From contig RHPI01001507.1 in NCBI GenBank assembly GCA_009103225.1, forward strand, positions 549,513 through 613,512: 64,000 nucleotides of DNA, read 5' to 3'. The position numbers were made by a program, and so were the translations under genes. This document shows positions 50,597 through 63,900 of the stretch, in pieces. Every line of letters begins with the position of its first letter. Position 1 is the stretch's first letter. The notes beneath the pieces were generated by a model. The model saw only the letters and a program-made list of their open reading frames with translations, was not told the origin of the DNA and did not search any database. This DNA is from Chlorokybus atmophyticus. Lineage: Eukaryota; Plantae; Mesostigma and Chlorokybus algae.

Positions 50597-51248
50597 ATGG
50601 CTTCCTTCAAGGCCCTCGCTGCCATCTTCGCCCTCCTCGCCATCTCTTCCGTCGCCGTTGAGGCCCAGGTATACATGTGTGTATGTGTGGGTGTGTATCA
50701 GTGCTTCGTCCAACACTCACTGAGACTTGTCTCTCCAGACCTTCATCACCACGTACACCATTGCCAAGACGGTGTACAACACCGTGAAGAACGTCCCCGA
50801 CCCCAAGAAGGTGGAGCTCCACCACACGGTGTACTACCCTCCCGTGGGTGGTGTGTACAACAAGCTGCGCACCAACGGCAAGATCCCAAGCGGCTACCTC
50901 CGCCCCACGCAGAACCGTGGCGAGGCCCACATTACCACCCTGCGTGACGTGGAGTTCAACCGCATCAACAAGTGGATCACCTTTGACCAACTGGTGGCTC
51001 TCGGCAACCAGAACAACATCCAGGCCATCAAGTTCAGCATCAACTGCCTGGGTGGAGCTTGCCGCACCATCAACGGCCAGAAGGTCTGCGCGTACTTCCT
51101 CATTGTCAACAAGAATGACGGACTCCTCAACATCCGCCGCAAGGTAGAACACACACTCACCCCCTGCACACATGCATGCATGTACATGTGTATGTTGCCC
51201 GCAATGTTGGCTGCGGTGTAATCCCTGAACACATGCATCCCTGCACAC

Positions 51249-51291
<43 letters not shown>

Positions 51292-51658
51292 NNNNNNNNN
51301 NNNNNNNNNNNNNNNNNNNNNNNNNNNNNNNNNNNNNNNNNNNNNNNNNNNNNNNNNNNNNNNNNNNNNNNNNNNNNNNNNNNNNNNNNNNNNNNNNNNN
51401 NNNNNNNNNNNNNNNNNNNNNNNNNNNNNNNNNNNNNNNNNNNNNNNNNNNNNNNNNNNNNNNNNNNNNNNNNNNNNNNNNNNNNNNNNNNNNNNNNNNN
51501 NNNNNNNNNNNNNNNNNNNNNNNNNNNNNNNNNNNNNNNNNNNNNNNNNNNNNNNNNNNNNNNNNNNNNNNNNNNNNNNNNNNNNNNNNNNNNNNNNNNN
51601 NNNNNNNNNNNNNNNNNNNNNNNNNNNNNNNNNNNNNNNNNNNNNNNNNNNNNNNNNN

Positions 51659-51738
<80 letters not shown>

Positions 51739-51949
51739 TTGTTTGCTCACCAGATTCCTACTGACGCTGTCTGTGCTTGTGTGACAGATCGACTCCCTGA
51801 CTCAGAGCCGTGGTGCCCCCACCGCCCTCTTCAACCCTGAGGTGTACTACCCCCACATCACCGTTGGCTTCACCCTCCAGAACCTCAACCCCGAGGATGG
51901 CGTCTTCAAGACCCCAAGCACCTGCTTCGCCAGACTCACCTTCGTGTAA
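50597..51949 (+). CDS. Secreted 2H phosphoesterase-superfamily protein, 212 aa, 3 exons (50597-50668, 50739-51143, 51788-51949)
   Basis: Signal peptide MASFKALAAIFALLAISSVAVEA-Q; two HxT motifs (GEAHITT, YYPHITVGF) about 90 aa apart; four Cys; clean phase-0 GT-AG introns; strong C/G-ending codon bias. Confidence 0.85.
51250..51737. repeat. (CT)n microsatellite with N gap 51292-51658 inside intron 2
   Basis: Direct inspection. Confidence 0.97.
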
Positions 51950-54428
51950 ACTGCTGCTGCAAACCGGTGATTGGTGCACCAGTCTCGCTCGGATGTAGAA
52001 AAGGCCCTTTCTCCCCCCCTCTACTTGCGGCCTTTGCAGGCCAGTTTTGGACCCTTCTCTCACGCCCATCCTTGGTCCCTTTCCCCTGACCTGTTGTGTA
52101 TGTTGGTTGATATACCATCCCCACTCCCAGTAGTTGCCCCCCTCGTGGCAACCATGGTTGTAAAGCTGTATCTGACCCTGCCAGTAAGTGTTTAAGGCAA
52201 ACCCCTTTTGTGTCGTTATGTCACCTGCTACGCAGATGTATCAGTGTCACTTGCATGTGCTGCAATGGGTTTTCACCGATGGTGTGCGTTTCATAGTGTG
52301 CTGGATGTATGTAGTTACACATGCACAACAGCGCAGACAGTGTGGCGGATTCTCCATGTAGCTCATCTGTTTGTATCTGCTACTCGTACCATGTGCATGT
52401 ACCTTGCCTTCACTTGATGTTGGTTGAAGGAGGTTGGCAGCATGGACATATGTAACTTTCAAAATTGGCACTCATTGTAGTTGCGTTAGTACAGTAGACT
52501 GAAGTAGTACTCACTGCATACAGATTAGTCAGTTGAAGCAGGTTAGCAACAGTGCTCTCGCTTGTAAACTTCAAAACTCCACTCACTGCACTGGCGTTCA
52601 GTATAGTGGACTGAAATAATACTCACTGCATGCGGTGCAGCCAGCGAATATTGCGTACACTGTATGTACATGTTAATGTATTGAGAAACTGTCAGATGTA
52701 TTATGGTTTTTGTAATATGTGATTGTTTATGTCAAACACATCCACAAACCATGAGCTAACCCAGCAACTCATTTACAACAGTCAAGGTCTTACTGTGATT
52801 GCTGTGTTTGTGGATGTTTGGAATGGTAGCTACACATGTGTCACACTTGTGATTGACGTTCATGCATGCGTATAATGGTTAGCACCGTTAATTGCAAGTG
52901 AACTGTTGGTGCTCAGCAAGGCTTGTGAGTTCAGGGTGTATCGTGCAGGGTGCATATTTTCACTGTACATAAACTGTCTGCATGTTCCACATGTCCAGGG
53001 TTGCAATGCAGTGCCTTGTGCGGCAGCGGCTGGGGGTTGTTTCGCATGCCTGTGGTTACATCGGTTATACTACCATAGTGGAGTCCATCAGCAGTGTCTA
53101 GCTTGCGATACTTGCAGCTCAACGCTTGCATGTAAATGTAAGAATGATGTAAATTACTTGCGCTACTTGCACTTTCTGTACATGCACGTGCGTGCATGCA
53201 CATGTGTGCGCAGAGAGTGTGCAGGTGGGTATCTGCTTGCCCCTGCGATTGTGCGTGCATTGGTGAGGATGTAGCTGCCTACCCATGTTGTCAACCATTG
53301 TCATCATCTACCATTAGGACCGTCGCAGATCCAATGTCGTTTCTCCAACTCACGGCAGTGGCCTCCCAAAAGCGACAGGGCATGTCGCCCCGTGAAGTGT
53401 CTGGTGGTCGAGGCTCTGCTCCGGCCTCGGCTGCCAGCCAGCAAGTAAAAAGGCAACTACCTACACCCTTTTGCATGCCGCTGGCATGCGTGTGAGTATG
53501 CTTGTGCAGTGATAGGCAGGGTTGACAGTGTGTAGCTTGGTGTGACGATGTTGCTGTTAGTGTATTGAGAGTCTTCTGCGGTCCTTACCAGAATTTCACT
53601 TGACGCTCAGCATTCTCTGTGACATACTTTCCTACGCTGCCAAACATGTGGTAATCACCATACATGATGAATGCCGTAGATGAGGACCCGTGTCTCCCTT
53701 CAAGACCGAACCATGGACACCTCTGCTCAGTCACATCGCTACTAGTGGCCCACAGGTTCCACACAGCACCGCACCGCCGCAGTGTCCTCGGCGATTATCA
53801 CTCCCCGATGTTCGCTGGGGTACTCTCTACGACTGGCGTTTCAGTTTGCCTTGTGGTGGGACTGCTGCTTATAGTAGGACATGTAGCTTACACTACGCTT
53901 GCTGCAGTTTCTGAATTATGTCTGTGATGCAATACGTGCATAGTGCACAATAGATGCAACGGGATTGTGCACATGTGTACGCAGCTCACCCTGCATCAGC
54001 TACGTGTTCAACAGAGCAGGGGAGAGGACTACACAAAACATGCACAAGCAACAAACAATGGATTGGCCGGGGCTCAGACCACTGCAAGAATGGCAATACA
54101 ACATGGTGTTTGGCAGCTAAGGTAGAAGGGGTCCAACAGGGACAGAAGGTGCTCCAGTCACAAACTGCACATGATACGTTTGGTACTGTACACTAAATGC
54201 CACGAGTACAGCAGCGCACGCCAGCACTCTGTGTACAGCATTCGGTCCAGCACATTCGTGAAGAGGCAGGTAGGTTGCTACAACGGATTCACACTTCAAA
54301 AAGCGCAAGCGTACATGCAGACTCACATCGTTTCAATCACCAACGCAACAGCTGCCGCAAATGTGCGAAACAGGCAGCCCTATACACAGTACCGGATCCT
54401 ATGGTGCAAGTCCTGGCGTTTCTATACT

Positions 54429-57400
54429 TCACTGGTCTTTGTTCAGCAGCTGGCGCAGGACGTAGCGCAGGATGCCGCCGTGCTTGAAGTAGGTGAGCTC
54501 AACTTGGGTGTCAAAGCGGAGCGTGCACGGGAAGGACTTGCCGTCATTGGTTGTCACAGTGACGTCCATACCGGGGATGATCTCCTCGGGCAGGTCGATG
54601 CTGTACAGCTCCTTACCGGTAAGGCCAAGCTTTTCCGCGTCCTGTCCAAGCTTAAAGCAGAGGGGGATGATGCCCATGCCGACGAGGTTGCTGCGGTGGA
54701 TGCGCTCGAAGCTCGTGGCGATAACAGCCTTCACGCCCTGCAGGAACGGGCCCTTTGCAGCCCAGTCTCGGGAGCTGCCAGAGCCATACTCAGCGCCGGC
54801 AATGATGACCTGGTCGTGGCCCTCGTTCTTGTACTGCATTGCAGCGTCAAACACGGACATGGTCTCTCCACTCTTGTGATGAACAGTGTTGGGGCCGACC
54901 TTCCCGCCCATGAACTTGTTCACCAGCCGAATGTTGGCAAACGTGCCGCGCGCCATAATTTCATCATTGCCACGCCGGCTGCCATAAGAGTTGAAATCCT
55001 GCCACAAAGAGGTCACAGCATAAGTGACAGGCACACAAGCACATGTGCTGTACGCCTTTGCCTACGTTGCAACTGCCCACCTTGGGCTCTACGCCATGCT
55101 CAATGAGGTACTTGGCAGCGGGGCTATTTTTGGCAATGCTGCCGGCGGGTGAGATGTGGTCGGTTGTAATGCTGTCGCCGAGGAACAGCAGGCAGTAGGC
55201 GTCCTTCACACCACGGATGGGCTCCGGCTCGCGCTTCATGTCCTTGAAGAAAGGTGGGTCGTGGACATATGTCGAGTTCTCGTCCCACTCATAAAGCGCT
55301 CCTTCGGGTGCCTCCAGAGAATTCCAAAGCTCGTTTCCCTTGGTGATACTTTTATACACGTCCCGGAACATGTCGGGTAGGACATTCTTCGCCACAACCT
55401 GCCAGAAACAGTGTCAGGTTGACATCATGTAAGTAACACAGACAGGTCAATCATATGCTCACCTCTGCAACTTCTTCACTGCTGGGCCAGATATCACGCA
55501 AGAACACAGACTCCCCATCTTTGCCCTTGCCGATGGGCTCCTTGTCGAAGTCGATGTTCACCTGTGCATGCACGAATCTTACCAACAGCTCATGCAGACA
55601 AGTACACCAACTGCCACATCATAAGCAACATGACCATGCAGAAGTGCATGGCAGTCGTACCGTTCCTGCCAACGCGTAAGCAACAACCAGCGGTGGGGAT
55701 GCCAGGTAGTTTGCGCGTGTCAGGGGATGCACTCGTCCCTCAAAATTCCTGTTGCCCGACAGCACAGCCGCTGCCACCATATCTGCGTATACAAGTCACA
55801 ACACTTGATGAACAGTAACAAGCATACATACTATAAGAAGAAATACATCGCTCGGCTGAAGCAAGACTCACCGTTCTTGGAGATGACCTCGCCAACTGAA
55901 GGATGAATCTCGCCACTGTTGCCAATGCAGGTTGTGCAGCCATAACCAACAAGAGAGAATCCCTGCTTGTCAAGGTAACTGTTCAAGCCACTGCATGCGC
56001 ACAGGTACGGAGTCAGTCACGGCCAATACAAGTTTTCAGTCGTTGACAGCTACCTGTTGGAAAGATACTGGGTGACAACTCCTGAGCCGGGAGCCAAACT
56101 GGTCTTCACATGTGGCTTGACCTGCAACACGGGCCAGTCATCAAATATTAACTGCAAACACTGTGAGGTACTGTGCGTTACAACAAAGCGGGCACATGTA
56201 CCTTGAGACCCTTGTCAGAAGCCTTCTTTGCCACAAGCCCAGCAGCGAGCATGACACTGGGGTTAGATGTGTTGGTGCACGAGGTGATGGCTGCAATGAC
56301 CACATCGCCATGTCGGAAGTCTGTTTTCTGTCCATCAAACGAAAACTCTGCCACCTTGCCTTGGTCAGGCTTGGGAATCTGAAAGCCCTGTGGGAAGCCA
56401 AAAACATGGTTGTTGAAGATCCCTTGGCCCGTTCTCCTAGAAAAGAAATATGCAAACCGAAAGCCTAATGCAGAACGACCCACACCCAAACCGATACCTT
56501 GAAACCAACTTTGTTGTCCAAACAGGCCTGCCAATCCTGCTTCATCTCCCTGATTGTGACACGGTCATGCGGTCTGCGCGGGGAGACATATTAATGAACA
56601 TCAGCCATACATATCTTGTAAGATGGACACAGCCAATTTAGTCATGGCGCCTGAGGCCAATTTTGCAAGATAAACTACAGATGGGACTCAGTATGCACCG
56701 ACAAACGCTGAAGTCCCCACCCTTGAACCCTGACCTTACCTCTTTGGGCCAGACACACATGGTTCAACCGCCTGCAAGTCCAAGTAAAGCTCTGACGAGT
56801 ATGACTTCTGCTCTTGAGGCTGCACAGACATATGTGAGCACAAAACCTCCAACATGTGCTTGTGTACTATGCCAATGTGTTGCATGTAGCAACTCAGTAC
56901 CTCGTCATGGTCAATAAACAGCTTGTTGGCACGAAGGTAAGCCTCAATCATCTTGACCTTGTCTTCCTCACGACCAGTTTCTCGAAGATACTGAGAAAGG
57001 TTGATCGTTATCATACAGCGTCGCATACAAGTAAAGCACATAATCGGTGTAAGAAATGTAGCTTACATCCAAAGTGGCCTTGTCCACAGGGAAGAAACCC
57101 ATAGTAGCTCCATACTCAGGTGACATGTTTGCAATGGTTGCACGGTCAGCGACAGACAGATGTTCCAGGCCAGGACCTGAGCATACCAACAGTTAACCAC
57201 AGAAGCACACTCATATCACAATCACTGCATTCGCAGCAAAAGACAGCGTACAACAAAATACTGTTGCAAACCACAGCGCTACAATAAGTAGGCAAAGCGC
57301 TGCAAAGCATCAATGGCACTATAGGTTCTTGTTTGCTGTTAATTACGAATATGCATTGTTCGCTGTCAACACATCAAGCTGTGGCACACACAACACTGAC

Positions 57401-59859
57401 TTGGAAGTCGCAATGCCAGCAGAGACTTGTAGCAAGGACAAGCAACAAACCTAATGCAGCTTGCCTGCCTGCCCGAGCCACAGCAGTATGCAACGTACCG
57501 TAAAACTCGACAAACTTGCCGACAACGCCATGCTTGCGCAGCATCTGTGTGACGGTGAGCACAAGATCTGTCGCAGTGACACCTGTCTGCAGCTGACCCT
57601 CCAGCTTGAACCCAACGACTCCCGGGAGCACCATGCTCATAGGCTGCAGTGCACCACACCACATCAGAAACAATCCAGAAGCTAATAAGGTGAAATAATT
57701 CAGACCAATGAGATTCCTTGACGTCACACACCTGTCCAAGCATGGTAGCTTCTGCCTCAATGCCTCCAACACCCCAACCAGCGACACCCAACCCGTCAAT
57801 CATGGTGGTATGAGAATCCGTACCGACCAAGCTGTCAGGGTAAAGGATGCCGTCTGTGTTGAACACGACGCGAGCCAAGTACTCCAGATTAACCTATCAC
57901 CCGATAGACGGAAACGACTACTGTCAGCTATGGTGAAACACTTGTCTGCCTGTTAAGCAGCAGTCTGCAACATGCGTACCTGATGGACAATGCCGGAGCC
58001 GGGAGGAACGACCAACATGTTGCTGAATGCCTTGGCGCCCCACTTGAGAAAACCAAACCGCTCCTTGTTGCGGTTGAATTCCAGCTCCATGTTCTTTTCC
58101 AGAGCATCCGGTGTCCGGGCCACATCAACTTGCACAGAATGGTCAATGACAAGGTCCACAGGAATCTGCAAAACTATACTTCAGGCCACTTGCAACTTTG
58201 AAGTTCACAGAGTACTTGCAAAGCGCACCAATCATGCGACCAATTTGCGTTATTGCTTGCAGTAATGCAGTACTTGTTGCATGCAGGTATGCAATTCCAC
58301 TGAGTAGTGGAGGTCTTACTGCAACTGTGCTTAGTATACATACAGTTGCAGGAATGCAACTGGACGTACACTTCACCAAACTTAGTGAAGCATTCCTGCA
58401 ATACAATACAGTTGCAACACTATGCTCCACTGAGTGGTTATCACTCAGTAGGATTGCTTCATTAAGTCACGTACTCCACCAGGATAACAACAGATTAAAT
58501 TTAAATAGCACTCAGTGGAGTGCTTGGTGCAGTTGCAGGACTGCAACCCCACTATGTATACATGTATACAGAGTGGGGTTGCATGCCTGCAACTGCACCA
58601 AGCGCTGTACTGCTGAGAGACCTCTCAAGCACAAACATCTGAATGCTGACCTGTGGGTTAATGGCGTTCGGGTTGCCCCCAAGGCGCTTCATCGCGTCGC
58701 GCATGGCTGCCAGATCCACAACAGCTGGGACGCCAGTGAAATCCTGCAAAATAACTCGGGCAGGCTTGAATGGAATTTCCACTTGCTGCGGACATGTCTT
58801 CTCCCAATCTAAGATGTTCTGAACATCCTTCTCCGTCACTTGGAAGTTGTCGCAATTGCGAACAGCCGACTCCAGAAGCACGCGAATGGAGTATGGCAGC
58901 TTGTCTGCACAACGCATACAACCGTTTGGGACAACTACCAACTGACAATTTCGGACTCGAATTCTGTAAGTGCTGCTTGAACAGGCTCTGCCAGTGCAAT
59001 CTTACTTTGCAATTGACATGAACAGGACGCCAATCCAGCAGGATCATGCACACCTCATGCAACAACATGGCAGCGGCATGAGCTCTTGACAATGCCGCCC
59101 AAGTCCACAGTTTTCAACGGACAAAGCCAGATGGCTTACCCAAGCGAGGGTCGTTGAGGGCTGCCAGGCTGTAGTACTTGCCGTACAGGCCGCCATCTGG
59201 CTTGGGAAGCTCCTTCAGTGTGCTGCTGTAAGGGTTCGAAGCTGCCAAAACGACATCGTCAGCAATGCGAATGCTACATGCGCACATTGCTTCACGAAAC
59301 CAACGACTCGCAAGCTACCTCAGGCCTTTTCTAAAACAAGACAGTTTCCAGTGGCAACAACACAGCACTTCACATATACTATTCAAGCAGTGCAAGCTAC
59401 AATGCACAGCGCTTGCATGCTCGCAACCCTATACGCATGGCTAGACGTGACGTGCAGCTGAGTAAGTAGCCAATTCTTGCCCTGTGAAGCTATCAGCTCA
59501 CCCATGGCGCTGGCGAAGAAGCGAACGCCTGTAGGGCGGCGAGCGAGCGGGGGAGGCGATGCTGCGGAAGAGGGAGAGGCAGATGAGGAAGAAGAGCTCC
59601 CAGCTGTCGAGACGGTACTAGACACCACCGCCGCCCCCAAGCGCCCACGGCTAACTCCGCCACTACCAACACCGGCAGCGAGCGTGTGCAACGAAGAGCT
59701 GCTGCTGCTTCCAGACCACCAAGCGACAGCTGCAGACTGCGCAGCGCCGAGGCGGCGGTGGTGGTAAGCGACCTCGCTGACAACCCCGCCCCGAACGCCG
59801 ACAGTGCCGCCCAGCACACGAAGCTGTCTAACGGCGGCGGCGGCGGCCGTCGTCGTCAT
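54429..59859 (-). CDS. ACO: Aconitate hydratase (plant-type AcnA/IRP1 family), 1014 aa with N-terminal transit peptide, 17 exons
   Basis: Exons 59859-59502, 59241-59140, 58904-58651, 58165-57980, 57893-57732, 57643-57499, 57176-57067, 56990-56901, 56819-56740, 56573-56498, 56387-56202, 56121-56054, 55990-55872, 55782-55661, 55561-55463, 55398-55081, 54998-54429 total 3045 nt in frame. Motifs: [68 protein letters not shown]. Confidence 0.98.
58522..58603. other. Near-perfect 82-nt inverted repeat in aconitase intron 3
   Basis: 38 of 41 symmetric positions pair around the centre 58562/58563; mismatches at 58540, 58541 and 58554. Confidence 0.95.
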
Positions 59860-60949
59860 CACTGCGGCGGCGTCAGCCAGCTATAGGTCTAGTCGTCGTT
59901 ATCGTCAACCCACCGCACTGGATGAGAACGCCACGCCTGCCGCGACCGCCCACACGACGACGGCGTTCTCATCCGCCGGCCAGCCAAGCCGGCTGATGTG
60001 GCACAAAAGAGCTGCCGGCTGGTTGTTGGTAACAACCAGCCGGCACGCTTTCCAGCACACTTTTTTGCACTTGTTTTGACCACTTTCGGCTGCAGCTTTG
60101 CCAGTCGGAGCAAGCTGGAGATGGGCACGAATACTTTTCTTGTTAACTCCGTGACAAGTTCAACTTTCTGGCACCTTTTGTGTGTTGGGAAAGTTTTGAC
60201 GGCTTTATCAGCAAGATGAAGATAGGCACGTACACAGGATCGCACTTGGGCTTTCCCTGTGTTGTTTGTGTTCAGAATTTGCCTTTTGTGACAACAGCTT
60301 TATGTGTTCGCGGGTTCTGCGGCGTACATTCCTGCTGGTAATGCTTGTCCCGACGTGATTTTGGCTTTTTGCAACCGTGTAGCCGGTGCAAGTTTGGGCC
60401 TCAAACTGAAATCTAGCATCATCTGTCGGAACTCCAACATTTTTCGGGAGCAGAAGAAGTTCTGCTGCAGAACTTCTGATCCAGCACTACAAAAGTTTCC
60501 CGTTGGCCTACTAAATTAAATGAAAGGGGCATGCCGAGACTTGCAGAGCTTTATCAACGCCAATCAGGTTACGCGCCTTTCGAGCCTGTGCAGGGACACA
60601 GGCTGTGTGTCACACATCAGTAGCTAAGACTTAGCTGCTAAGTGTACAATCTACCCCCATAATAAGAGTCGTTTATCCTTCACCTTTTCATTCCACTAAC
60701 GGGGTTATTCTGTTGATGTTTGAAAAAATATATATATTCTTATATCGTTTAAATACATTTATCAAGGTATTGGCTGATAACCTCAAGCCACAAAATTATA
60801 TGCTGACGTGGCCCTAAAATCTTTATTTTATCATAACATGTGGTGTACTTGATGCATAATTAATATGTCGCAACATGTCTATTCATTTATAATAAAGGGA
60901 TTATGCTCATACAAACCATTCCCCCACAATTGGGGCTAATTTTTAAAAA

Positions 60950-60972
60950 ACAACAACAACAACAACAACAAC
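60950..60972. repeat. (CAA)n microsatellite
   Basis: Direct inspection. Confidence 0.95.
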
Positions 60973-63900
60973 ATCAAGCCTTCGCTTTGATCTTATTAAA
61001 TTCGAAAGTTAACTCTTGACCAACGATATTTTGCCTCTAAAACCATCGATCTTGAAATATCATATGATCTTAGCGTAATTATCCTCAAAATTAAGTTTTT
61101 CAAGGGGGATAGAAGGCTGTAAATGAACAGATAAATGCATGTCTTCAACTGTCTCGTGTATAATGCAACACATCATTTAATGTGCATTTACATGTAGTAG
61201 ATGCACATAAGACTGAACATGCAATGTACCTTGAACACACCATGTGAATCACTTATAATGTGCATTGCAACATTAGATATGTGTTATGTGCTTCAAGGGT
61301 ACTGCCAAAGGTAGGTCGTCTTTTCAACTACGCATTTGAGTAAGCTGATATCAAGAGCAAGCGTAACCACCGCTGCCATCGGTTTATACCTTAGTAGTTG
61401 AGGTGTACTGTAGAAGATGGTTGATACAAACGCGTGCACGTGTTATTACAAAACGATACTGAATAGTTGTGCAAGTCATGTATTGTTATGTTTTGTTGGA
61501 AACTATTAATTGCATCTTACATTGCAAATCGCACCATCAACATAAATGCGAGACCATTACACACATGGAAACTATCATGTCGAATCAAGGACATGCTTGG
61601 TTGCATGTGCAATCAACGGGCATTGTTGCCGCTACATTCACTAAAAACCTTTATGTACGTGATGGTGTATAAACCCTCTGCGTAAGCTTATGAAACGATA
61701 TGATTTGACTTCGTTACTGTTATAATAAGTCACTCACGTTTTGCACACATGGTGCAACCAGGGAGTTGATGGGAAGAGATGCCCGAGGCGTGTTAAACTC
61801 TATAGCATCCACGTAAAAAGCCGTTCGACATCATGCGCTACAGCCGTCAAGACCCAAAAGCTTATCAACATCACGCAAGTTGTTACCACTGTCGGGCATT
61901 TATTGCTTGAACATGTAATCTTAGCTGTCCAAATTATAACATGCACGTGTGCCTGTAGACTTTGCTCTATAGTGGTTGCGTATCGCGTATGGTAGTGGCC
62001 AAGGCGCAAGTCATTAAGCAGTGCCACACTCAGTCACCTACCAAGCTAACGCATTTTCATCTCCGTGGCTTGAGGACCACAAGCAGAGATTGCCACCGGG
62101 TAGGCTACCCACATCCATATTTCATCATGCCCACACGCCCATGAGGCACATCACTGTTTACTAATCTGTATGGTCCAGCTGGGTATATCGGGCATATGCA
62201 GGCAGACCCCAACATGGTATGTAACAATGCCGATCATCTATGATACTGCCGTTGAGGTGGATGACACCATTTTTGACAATCGCGCAATGCCAAATGAGGC
62301 ATTGCTAAATAAGACTAAGCATGGCAATTTAAACTTGAAGTGAAATTGATCATGTCATATATGTTATACACATTGGGTTGTAATATTATGTGAAAAACAG
62401 AAATTTGGATATTGAAGCACGCAGCATATTATGCAGGAAAACCACTATTGCTTGCGTGTTATGTTAACAAAACATGCACAACCCATAAGCTATCAACATG
62501 GACTCATGATAACACCGTGCTTTATTTCAGATGCATATTGTATAAGAAATGTATATCTCACAATTTAATGTGGCACCCTACAAATGATTATAGGCCATGC
62601 TTACAAATGCATATGCGGTCGTTATTTCATTGTTTGAATGCGTGTACAGTATTCACAAGGCGCATCTCAAATATTATTAAAGTGCCATCAACTTATAAAA
62701 GCCTTGTGTGCTTTGTGCCAAGCAAACCTTTGGTTTAATTCATTCAAGCACAAGCTAACATGTGCAAAACACATGTATTCTAGCACTGCATGAATTACTC
62801 TTATTTCTTGCATCCTGTAACATCCTGAGTTTCAAATGCATGCCACATGAACGTCTACATACATTGGAATAGACTGCCACATGTCATGTGCACATCATAT
62901 GTCATTGAATTATCTTATATTAGCATGCGATACAAATGATGTTGCTGTAAAGATGAATTAGCAACAAAAAGTTTGTATATGCACGCGCATGAGAACAAGC
63001 CCCTCGCCTACCGTATTTTGTTGAATACAACCCCTTTACAAACAAAGCCCCCCCCTCCCCCAATCAATGGGGGGTGTTGTATTTGCAATTACATGGGGGG
63101 GCGGGATGTATTTAATAAAGTACGGTAGCCGCGTTGAGCTTGGGTACTTGGAGTGCAGTATGCGGTTTTTTCTGTTGTCGTGTATGTCATTGCGTACCTG
63201 TCTTCAAGTCTATATGGTGTGTCTGCTTGTTCCAAGCCCCTCCATTGTACCCTATACATGCGAACGTTGCACCAACAACAACATGCATCGCAACAAGCAC
63301 ATATAAAAGACAAGCACTAGGGGCCTTGTAGCTTTGAGATGAGTGTACGAGGACTCTGACTCAGTTGACAACATGCGAGGGCAGTAAAAAGGGTGGCGAT
63401 GTCATCTGTCAGTGCCAGTCAAGTAGATGTTGAGAGTGACCACGACGTTGTCGTCGTTGTCAACATGCATGACCGTTACGAATGCCTCGGCTTTTTTATT
63501 GCATGTAAAGAATTACATGCGAGCATACATTGTGTGCTTGCGTACAATCTGTGATTATTTTCACAAAGGGCAGGCTAGGACCTGCGATTAAGTGCTGATG
63601 CAAGCAAGATTATCGCATGGACATGCACACACAAGCTTGTTCAGTACAACTTTCTCAACCGCATCGTTCCCAAGCAAGGCACACGAGAACAGGACGCATA
63701 ACAATAAATGCCATCAACAACACCAATGGCGCTAGCTTAAAATCCGCAATGCATGGCTCCCTTATCATCGTTGTTCTCCCAAACTAACCTACAGATAGTA
63801 ACAACCTGTCCCTTGGGGCAAAAATCCAATTGGGGCCAAAACCCCCGAGCTCAATATGTTGACATACACTCTTCCTGTCGCTATCTCCCGCTCTCAATGC

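Noticed and set aside
54171-55106. 311-aa plus-strand ORF (also 50607-51248 minus, 14574-14996 plus)
   Set aside because: Antisense shadows of aconitase, the 2H gene and the OTU-like exon.
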